A DNA stretch of 32,000 nt from Pseudodesulfovibrio piezophilus C1TLV30. Its GTDB lineage: Bacteria; Desulfobacterota; Desulfovibrionia; Desulfovibrionales; Desulfovibrionaceae. Position 1 is the first letter of the stretch. Each line of letters opens with the position of its first letter. The notes under the pieces are model-generated. The model was not told the DNA's origin, did not search any database, and saw only the letters and a list, made by a program, of their open reading frames with translations. Made by a program: the position numbers and the translations under genes. Shown here piece after piece: positions 25,231-32,000 of this stretch. Location: the NCBI RefSeq assembly GCF_000341895.1, contig NC_020409.1:2730001-2762000 (forward strand), written 5' to 3'.

Positions 25231-26145
25231 TCAGCTATCCTGCTTCTTGATGTAAGCGAGGAATTTGTTGGCTTCTTCAAAGCTCGGATTCAGTGAGAGG
25301 GCTTTGTCCAGATTGGTCGTACAGTCGTCTTTGTCTCCGCGCTCAAAAAAAGCCCTGGCTAAATTGTAATACAGATTTTCATCATCCTGGGTGATTTCAA
25401 GTGCGCGAGTATAATATTCGACCGCTTGATCCAGCAGATTGGATTTTCGCAGGCTGATACCGAATTCATTGAAAAGATGTTTGTGCTCAGGGGCGAAGGA
25501 GGCATCCAACCCAACGACCCGTTCAAAAATGTCTTCAGCTTTAGCAGGTTCTCCCCGTTCCATATAAGTCAAACCGAGGCCGAAATTGGCGCGAACATTT
25601 TCCTCGTCAAAGTCGAGGGCTGCCGCGTATTCAAATTCGGCAGAGTAGAGTGCGCCTTGGTCACGCTGTTCTTCGGCGCGTTTGAGCGTTGTATTGAGTT
25701 CCTTCATTCGAGGAAAGACTTCCTGCTGATAGAATTCCAGTTCAGGGTTGAAGCGTTGCAGAAAGTCTTCCATGGGGATGGAATCCTTGGGACCGGAGGG
25801 CACATTGTGTTTATTCAATGGTTGGACCATCACGGCAGAGGCGTCGGCATTGTCATTTTGCTCGGCAAACCAGTATGCTTTCTGGATCATCTTGCGCGTG
25901 GTTGTTCCGGTGCCGACCTTGGCGACGGTCTGTGTTGAGAAAACGCCGGATATTTTACCTCTGCTGACATCAGAAGGAATATCGACAAGTGAGTCCCCAT
26001 CCTGAACCACTTTCGAGGTCGAGTGTGTCGCATTGGGCACAGTCGATCCTTCATCAAGTTCAGCTTTGGGCTTTTCCCCTGTTTGAGGGGTTGCGGAGTC
26101 GGAACTGATCTGCTTGTCAGTTCTGTTTTCTGAATCAGGTGTCAC
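25231..26145 (-). CDS. tetratricopeptide-repeat protein with a disordered N-terminal region
   Basis: The C-terminal half contains several TPR units (ANFGLGLTYMERGEPAKAEDIFERVV; AVEYYTRALEI; YYNLARAFFERGDKDDCTTNLDKALSLNP). GTG start with GAGGA 6 nt upstream. The gene ends 2 nt before the fetA-like start. Confidence 0.7.
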   Translation of the reverse strand: MTPDSENRTDKQISSDSATPQTGEKPKAELDEGSTVPNATHSTSKVVQDGDSLVDIPSDVSRGKISGVFSTQTVAKVGTGTTTRKMIQKAYWFAEQNDNADASAVMVQPLNKHNVPSGPKDSIPMEDFLQRFNPELEFYQQEVFPRMKELNTTLKRAEEQRDQGALYSAEFEYAAALDFDEENVRANFGLGLTYMERGEPAKAEDIFERVVGLDASFAPEHKHLFNEFGISLRKSNLLDQAVEYYTRALEITQDDENLYYNLARAFFERGDKDDCTTNLDKALSLNPSFEEANKFLAYIKKQDS

Positions 26146-26605
26146 GTGATGTCCTCAAAAGGCAATTCTTAATATTTACAAAGGAAAATACACCTCTCGG
26201 GCAGTCTTGGCAACCGGGTATCTATGGCTTTTCATAACATAGAGTCTCTGCAAATCGGAAGAAAGAAGATTCTCCCCACGCTCCAGAGTATGCAATGTTC
26301 CGCTTATGCGAGTGCTCCCAATAGAGACATGATTGGTTTCAAGCAAGTGCATTGCCACTTTTGGTCGACTCGTCGAGGAAGGAAGTTTTGCGTGTCATGC
26401 CATTGTGACGGAATGAACGGCTTTTCTCCTCTGATTGAGATTGACGTTCATATTGTAAAAGTCTGATGATAAAGAGGCGACTTAATGACTTTCCGATTTG
26501 ATTCAGGTAGATGCAGTGGCTCAAGATTTACTGTCTTTGTCAAGGTCCGCTTTGCAAAGATTTTATATATGTATGTTAATATAGATGCTTAAGGAGAAAC
26601 AAAGT

Positions 26606-27166
26606 ATGACCAGCATCGGTAAGAGGATTCAATCCTACCGTGAAAAACAGAACCTGAGCATTGAGGATCTGGCCAGCCGGACTGTCCTGCCCGAAGAATT
26701 TATTCGGGCCATTGAGGAAGAGGATATGTACCCGTCACTGCGCCCCCTGGTGAAGCTCGCTCGCGCATTGGGCGTTCGCCTTGGAACCTTCCTTGATGAT
26801 CAGGTCTCGAGCGATCCTTTGATCGTTCGGCTGGCCGAGAGACAGGAAGAACTGACCATGCATCCTGATGGCAAAGAGCCGGGGGTGGTTTTTCATTCGT
26901 TGGGCAGGGGGAAGACTGACCGACATATGGAGCCGTTCTTTATCGAATTATTACCGGAATCATGTAAGGATGAGTCTCTGTCTTCGCATGAGGGAGAGGA
27001 GTTCATCGTGGTCCAATCCGGTCAGGTCCGCATCAAGTATGGGCAGGAAGAGTCAATTCTCTGTGCGGGAGATTCGGTTTATTTCAATTCCATCGTACCG
27101 CATAATGTGGCCTGTGGCGGTGAGGAAAAAGCCGAAATCTACGCTGTCCTGTATTTCCCGGAGTAG
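26606..27166 (+). CDS. XRE-family HTH transcriptional regulator with a C-terminal cupin sensor domain (module 1)
   Basis: The ATG at 26606 has AAGGAG 9 nt upstream. HTH_3 (IGKRIQSYREKQNLSIEDLASRT) and cupin motifs (HEGEEFIVVQSGQVRI...GDSVYFNSIVPH). Confidence 0.8.
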   Translation: MTSIGKRIQSYREKQNLSIEDLASRTVLPEEFIRAIEEEDMYPSLRPLVKLARALGVRLGTFLDDQVSSDPLIVRLAERQEELTMHPDGKEPGVVFHSLGRGKTDRHMEPFFIELLPESCKDESLSSHEGEEFIVVQSGQVRIKYGQEESILCAGDSVYFNSIVPHNVACGGEEKAEIYAVLYFPE

Positions 27167-27171
27167 AAAAT

Positions 27172-28812
27172 ATGCCAGCACTGCAAGAGAAAACTCTGGG
27201 GCAATTACTGGATGAGACAATCGCACATTGTCCGGACACGGAAGCTGTTGTCTATGTTGACCGCGATTTTCGTCTGACTTATCGAGAATTTGGCGATTTG
27301 GTTGATACTGTGGCCAAGGGGTTGATGGCCCTGGGAGTCCAGAAAGGGGAAAAAGTGGCGGTATGGGCCAATAATGTGCCCTACTGGGTGACACTCCAGT
27401 TTGCCACGGCCAAGGTGGGCGCGGTCCTGCTGACGGTCAATACCCACTATCGATCACATGAACTGAAATATCTGTTGGAAAATTCCGAAGCCGAAAATCT
27501 GTTCATCATTGGCGAGTATCGTGATCACGATTACTTGCAGACCGTGTATGAACTGATACCGGAGCTGAAAATTCAGGAGCGCGGTCAGCTCAAGACTGAA
27601 ACCTTTCCGCACCTCAGGAGGGTTTTCTATCTGGGGCACGAGAAACATCGAGGCATGTACTCCATTCCCGAACTTCAGGCCATGGCGGCCATGGTTTCAG
27701 AGCAGGAGTATGCCGAGAGACAGGCCCTTCTTGATCCTCATGATGTCGTCAATATGCAGTATACTTCAGGCACCACCGGGTTCCCCAAGGGAGTGCAACT
27801 CTCTCACTATAATATCGGTAATAATGGTTACTGGATCGGAAAGAATCAGGATTTCAGGGTCGGGGACAGATTGGCACTGACAGTGCCGCTCTTTCACTGT
27901 TTCGGGTGTGTGCTCGGAGTGCTCGCCTGCATCAATCATGGGGTGACCATGGTTATTCTGGAAGATTTCGTGGCCTTGGAAGTCATGAATGCCATTGATC
28001 AGGAAAAGTGTACCGCTGTATACGGTGTCCCAACCATGTTCATAGCCATGCTTGATCATCCCATGTTCAAGCGATTTGATTACTCCACCTTGCGCACCGG
28101 TATCATGGCCGGCTCCCCATGCCCTGTGGAAGTGATGAAGCGTGTCATGGATAAGATGAACATGACTGAAATAACCATCTGTTACGGATTGACCGAAAGC
28201 AGCCCCGTGATGTCCCAGACAAAAATCGGAGATACCATGGCGCATATGACCGAAACCGTGGGGACAGCAATGCCCGAGGTGGAGATCATGATAGCGGATC
28301 CGGAAACCGGTGCGGAGTGTGAACCTGGCATCCAGGGAGAAGTTTGCTGTCGAGGCTATAATGTCATGGAGGGGTACTACAACAACCCCAAGGGGACAGC
28401 CGAAGCCATTGATGCCAATGGATGGCTGCATTCCGGGGATCTGGGAGTCATGGATGAGGATGGTTATCTGTCCATTACCGGGCGTCTCAAGGATATGATC
28501 ATTCGCGGTGGGGAGAATATATACCCTCGTGAAATCGAGGAATTCCTCTATACTATGGATGGTATTCTCGACGTTCAAGTGGCAGGTGTCCCTAGTGCTC
28601 GTCTTGGTGAAGAAGTTGGTGCTTTCGTCATTTTGAAGGAAGACGCCGATTTGATGCCTGAAGATGTCATGGACTATTGTCGTGGGAAGATATCCCGTTA
28701 CAAAATTCCGAAATATGTGGCATTTCTGACAGAGTACCCGATGACCGCTTCAGGAAAGATACAGAAATACAAGCTGCGTGAACATGCACATGAATTGTGG
28801 CCGGATGCATAA
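27172..28812 (+). CDS. AMP-forming acyl-CoA synthetase (FadD/ANL superfamily), substrate unknown (module 1)
   Basis: YTSGTTGFPKGV, CYGLTES, HSGDLGVMDEDGYLSITGRLKDMIIRGGENIYPREIE, and SGKIQKYKL. It starts 5 nt after the regulator stop. Confidence 0.9.
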   Translation: MPALQEKTLGQLLDETIAHCPDTEAVVYVDRDFRLTYREFGDLVDTVAKGLMALGVQKGEKVAVWANNVPYWVTLQFATAKVGAVLLTVNTHYRSHELKYLLENSEAENLFIIGEYRDHDYLQTVYELIPELKIQERGQLKTETFPHLRRVFYLGHEKHRGMYSIPELQAMAAMVSEQEYAERQALLDPHDVVNMQYTSGTTGFPKGVQLSHYNIGNNGYWIGKNQDFRVGDRLALTVPLFHCFGCVLGVLACINHGVTMVILEDFVALEVMNAIDQEKCTAVYGVPTMFIAMLDHPMFKRFDYSTLRTGIMAGSPCPVEVMKRVMDKMNMTEITICYGLTESSPVMSQTKIGDTMAHMTETVGTAMPEVEIMIADPETGAECEPGIQGEVCCRGYNVMEGYYNNPKGTAEAIDANGWLHSGDLGVMDEDGYLSITGRLKDMIIRGGENIYPREIEEFLYTMDGILDVQVAGVPSARLGEEVGAFVILKEDADLMPEDVMDYCRGKISRYKIPKYVAFLTEYPMTASGKIQKYKLREHAHELWPDA

Positions 28813-28970
28813 GGCGCTCTTTATGAAATAAGGAGTGGGAGGAACCGTGATTCCTCCTGCTCTCCTTCATTATGAAGTTTTTTGCCTGGTTGGAAGGAAG
28901 AAGACAGGACAGTTTTGAGAGTCTGCGCGGGGAGGGCCGGGGAAGGTTTCCTGACGCGTTGAGAAAATCC

Positions 28971-29531
28971 ATGGAGGTTACTGTGGAACAATACAAGGAC
29001 ATTGCGCCCCGTTTGATCGGTTTGCGCGAAGGGATTGGTTGGACACCAGGGGAAATGGCTGACCTGCTGGGAGTCTCAGAGGAGACGGTTACCGGATATG
29101 AGTCAGGTGCTATGGAAATTCCTGTGGGATATATGTTGGATGTTTCCCGGTTGTGCCGGGTCGATTTGACGACATTGATTTCCGGGCGGGAACCACATTT
29201 GAAGTCCTACTCACTGGTGCGCAAAGAGGAAGGCTTTTCCGTGGATCGGCGAGCGGATTATGATTATAAGAGCCTGGGGTACAAATTTGCTGGGCGGCAG
29301 ATGGAGCCATTTCTGATTTGTGTTCCTCCCAAAGGTGGAGACGACATGGTTGAGACTGCTCATCGCGGGCAGGAGTTCATTTACGTTCTCGAAGGGCGTC
29401 TTGAGATTCGCATGGCCGGGGAGCCGCTTATCGTCGAAGCCGGAGACTCCCTGTATTTTAACTCGGAAACTCCGCACGCTCTGCGTGGGTTGGATGGCAA
29501 GGAAGTCAAGTTTCTCGACGTAATTCTATAG
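28971..29531 (+). CDS. XRE-family HTH / cupin-domain transcriptional regulator (module 2, paralogue of 26606-27166)
   Basis: HTH (IGLREGIGWTPGEMADLLGVSEETVTGYESG) and cupin (HRGQEFIYVLEGRLEI...GDSLYFNSETPH). It shares the MEPF and GDS.YFNS..PH blocks with module 1. The ATG at 28971 was chosen by domain boundary, and its SD is weak. Confidence 0.75.
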   Translation: MEVTVEQYKDIAPRLIGLREGIGWTPGEMADLLGVSEETVTGYESGAMEIPVGYMLDVSRLCRVDLTTLISGREPHLKSYSLVRKEEGFSVDRRADYDYKSLGYKFAGRQMEPFLICVPPKGGDDMVETAHRGQEFIYVLEGRLEIRMAGEPLIVEAGDSLYFNSETPHALRGLDGKEVKFLDVIL

Positions 29532-29626
29532 GGCTGAACGCAGAGACGTTCCGCCCGGCCCAAGTTTTGAGAGGTTTTCTGTTTTTAAACCATGATAAAC
29601 TCAAAGAATTACAGAGAGATACTACT

Positions 29627-31264
29627 ATGATGTTGAATCACGACACCTATGCTGGCTACACTGACTTTTGTACCCGCTATGAGCTTGCCTGTCCGGCTGA
29701 TTTTAATTTTTCCTATGATGTACTGGATGTAAAGGACCCACAGCAAGTCGCTCTCATTCATGTGGATGATGCAGGTATTCGGCGCGAATTCAATTTCGGT
29801 TTTTTTCAGGAGACTTCCTGTAGGCTGGCAAATTCACTGAGGTCACAGGGAATCGGAAAGGGCGATCGAGTCATGCTCATCGTCTATCGCCGGGTAGAAT
29901 ACTGGACGATCATGCTTGCGTTGCATCGCATCGGAGCCATCCCAATCCCGTCGCCTTCGTTGCTGACGAAAAAAGATATTGTCGAGCGGGTCAATTATGC
30001 CGATATCAAGGCTCTTTTTTGTGAAGATTCCATTTGTCCTCGCGTCAATGAAGCCCTGCCTGAATGCAAAAGCCTCAATGTGCTGGTTCAGATTGACGGC
30101 ATGCTGAATGATGGATGGTTCGGCTATGAAACATTCATGGCAGAGGGAGCCGCCTCCTGTCCGCGAACTGTTGAGACTCCAGGGGGGGATGACCCCATGG
30201 TTATCTTCTTCTCGTCCGGGACAACCGGGATGCCCAAGATGGTCTTGCATAATTATAAATATCCCTTCAGTCACTACACAACCGGCGCTGTCTGGCATGA
30301 CCTGAATGAGGGAGATATACACCTGACGGTTTCAGATACCGGGTGGGGCAAATCCGTCTGGGGGAAATTTTACGGACAATGGATGGCTGGTGCAGTCATT
30401 TTTGTATGGGATTTTCGTGGGAAGTTTGATGCATCTAAGCTGCTTGAGATAGTGGCTGAGAACAAGATTACGACCTTTTGCGCACCTCCGACAATTTATC
30501 GATTCCTGGTGCGTGAGGATTTGAAGGCATATGACCTGTCCGCCCTGCGCCATTGTACTACGGCGGGTGAGCTGCTCAATGATTCAGTCTTCCATGCCTG
30601 GAAGGCAGCCTTGGATATGCCCATCTACGAGGGATACGGCCAGACAGAGACCACGTTGCAGGTCGCGACCTTCAAGTTCATGGAACCTAAGCCTGGCTCA
30701 ATCGGGAAACCTGTTCCGGGCTGGGATATAGCGCTCATGGATGAAGAAGGCAGTGAAGTGCCCCAAGGTGAAGAGGGAGAAATTTGTATTCGAATCGATA
30801 AGCCCGTGCTTGGCCTTTTTGAGAGTTACATGGATGAGCCGGAAAAAACGGCTTCTGTCAAATTCGATAACTGGTATCACACCGGCGACAAGGCCTGGGC
30901 TGACGAAGACGGATATCTTTGGTTCATGGGGCGGACCGATGATCTGATCAAGAGCTCCGGCTATCGCATCGGTCCCTTTGAGGTCGAGTCAGCTCTGGTT
31001 GCTCATGAAGCTGTTATCGAAGCAGCCGTGACAGGCATCCCTGATGATGTGCGGGGACACCTGGTCAAGGCGACTGTGGTTCTGGCCTCCGGCTTTGAGG
31101 GGAACGAGGTTTTGACAAAAGAATTACAGGCTTTTGTGCGTGATCTGACAGCTCCATACAAGTATCCAAGAATCATCGAATATGTGGCTGATTTGCCTAA
31201 GACCATCAGCGGCAAGATCAAGCGCAAGGAAATTCGGGAAGCTGATCTCAAAAAATATGTTTAG
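29627..31264 (+). CDS. AMP-forming acyl-CoA synthetase, medium-chain/ACSM-like (module 2)
   Basis: FFSSGTTGMPKMV, YEGYGQTET, YHTGDKAWADEDGYLWFMGRTDDLIKSSGYRIGPFEVE, and SGKIKRKEIR. The ATG at 29627 is preferred over the track start at 29567. Confidence 0.9.
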   Translation: MMLNHDTYAGYTDFCTRYELACPADFNFSYDVLDVKDPQQVALIHVDDAGIRREFNFGFFQETSCRLANSLRSQGIGKGDRVMLIVYRRVEYWTIMLALHRIGAIPIPSPSLLTKKDIVERVNYADIKALFCEDSICPRVNEALPECKSLNVLVQIDGMLNDGWFGYETFMAEGAASCPRTVETPGGDDPMVIFFSSGTTGMPKMVLHNYKYPFSHYTTGAVWHDLNEGDIHLTVSDTGWGKSVWGKFYGQWMAGAVIFVWDFRGKFDASKLLEIVAENKITTFCAPPTIYRFLVREDLKAYDLSALRHCTTAGELLNDSVFHAWKAALDMPIYEGYGQTETTLQVATFKFMEPKPGSIGKPVPGWDIALMDEEGSEVPQGEEGEICIRIDKPVLGLFESYMDEPEKTASVKFDNWYHTGDKAWADEDGYLWFMGRTDDLIKSSGYRIGPFEVESALVAHEAVIEAAVTGIPDDVRGHLVKATVVLASGFEGNEVLTKELQAFVRDLTAPYKYPRIIEYVADLPKTISGKIKRKEIREADLKKYV

Positions 31265-31300
31265 ATATTAGCCTGACCCTGTTTTTAGAAGTGAAAGAAA

Positions 31301-31337
31301 CGCCCTCGTCTCCTCTGGATTCGGGGGCACTTTTTTT
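31301..31337 (+). terminator. probable rho-independent terminator after the second acyl-CoA synthetase
   Basis: CGCCCTCG ... CGGGGGC stem (one G:U) followed by ACTTTTTTT. Confidence 0.55.
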
Positions 31338-31490
31338 GGACCCTGTCGGGAGTTTGCAGGGAGTGGAAATCAAGGCGACCCAGTGTTTTTTACACCGGGT
31401 CGCATGATCTTCGGTTGTCCCGCGCGGGTCAGGCGCGGGACAGTCGTGGAGAAGGAGTCGTCAGTATGGGTTACATCAGACTCTATTCGC

Positions 31491-32000
31491 TTATCGTTTC
31501 ATGGCGATAACTTCGCCAAGCATGGAGTCTGTTGTGGTAATCATCTTGGTGTTGGCCTGGAAGCCGCGTTGAGTTGTAATCATTCTGACAAACTCGGTAG
31601 CCATATCAACATTGGACATTTCCAGAGCATTGCCGTCGATGGTTCCCTTACCTGCTGAACCAGCTTGTCCTGTCAGGGCCGGGCCGGAATCCTTGGTTTC
31701 CGAGAACAGGTTACCGCCCTCACGCCATAGTCCGTGCTCATTGGTGAATGTGGCCAGTGTGACTGCATAGAGTTCCAGTACCTGTCCGTTGGAATAGTGT
31801 CCGGTCAGGACGCCTTCGCGTGAGATGGAAATATTCTGCAAGATACCTGCTGAATATCCGTCCTGGCTTTGGAACAGGGTTGAAGAACCTCCCGTGTCGT
31901 AACTTTGGGTTGCCAGTGCGCTGATGGCCGGGTCCTTGAAACTTGGCAACCATCCAGAATTACTTGTGTAAAGTAATTGCGCTGCGCCCGCAGTTGTTGG
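31491..32000 (-). CDS. flgE: flagellar hook protein FlgE, C-terminal part; the 5' end lies outside the window
   Basis: The frame stays open to base 32000 (the track's TTG 'start' is internal). The C-terminus LEMSNVDMATEFVRMITTQRGFQANTKMITTTDSMLGEVIAMKR is the conserved FlgE/rod-family terminal helix, and is closest to FlgE. Confidence 0.8.
   Translation of the reverse strand, partial: PTTAGAAQLLYTSNSGWLPSFKDPAISALATQSYDTGGSSTLFQSQDGYSAGILQNISISREGVLTGHYSNGQVLELYAVTLATFTNEHGLWREGGNLFSETKDSGPALTGQAGSAGKGTIDGNALEMSNVDMATEFVRMITTQRGFQANTKMITTTDSMLGEVIAMKR

Noticed and set aside
26176-26466. ORFs 26176-26358 (-) and 26224-26466 (+) in the AT-rich region upstream of the first regulator
   Set aside because: No ribosome-binding sites, odd Cys/His-rich composition, and mutual overlap. 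They are most likely non-coding promoter or leader DNA.
27766-28578. 270-aa ORF antisense to the first acyl-CoA synthetase
   Set aside because: His/Gly-rich shadow frame. The sense frame carries all ANL core motifs.
31383-31658. 91-aa + strand ORF overlapping the flgE 3' end, and hairpins at 31377-31411 and 31421-31445
   Set aside because: The ORF is antisense to a clearly conserved FlgE C-terminus. The hairpins (GCGACCC...GGGTCGC and GTCCCGCGC-GGGTCAG-GCGCGGGAC) may be the flgE terminator region. They lack a clean U-tract on the minus strand, so I did not call them.

Overview
This window reads as ordinary core chromosome from a Desulfovibrionaceae-like sulfate reducer. That assignment is an inference from gene content and from the order atpZ-atpI-atpB-atpE-rex. 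About 40 genes are tightly packed on both strands. In order they are: an sppA 3' end, a class-I glutamine amidotransferase, a TlpA-like thioredoxin lipoprotein with a GNAT acetyltransferase, hpt, a zinc-ribbon/acidic/DUF3426-like protein, the F0-only ATP synthase operon (atpZ, atpI, atpB, atpE) followed by rex, an orphan PhoB-like response regulator, a lone DegT-type aminotransferase, hisI-hisG, rsmG, a membrane HAMP-PP2C phosphatase, a three-gene uncharacterised operon ending in a PqqD-like protein, glmU, zapB-zapA followed by a 6S RNA candidate, rny, cheR, a YmdB-type metallophosphoesterase, tyrS, a TPR-fetA-fetB-like operon, two tandem modules of XRE/cupin regulator plus acyl-CoA synthetase, and a flgE 3' end. 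I found no CRISPR array, transposase, integrase, tRNA or rRNA, and no recognisable defence or toxin-antitoxin genes. No novel system is demonstrable from sequence alone. The best candidates for a second look are: (1) the divergent locus at 12700-16305, where a micro-ORF plus HAMP-PP2C phosphatase faces a secreted protein, a 304-aa unknown and a PqqD-like protein; (2) the duplicated regulator/ligase modules at 26606-31264; (3) a 27-bp perfect palindrome at 7531-7592 (32 bp counting flanking pairs); (4) an AT-rich stand-alone small transcription unit at 8550-9039; (5) the unannotated 6S RNA and the Rex operators. All coordinates include the stop codon. Start codons were refined by eye using Shine-Dalgarno context and remain uncertain where stated.
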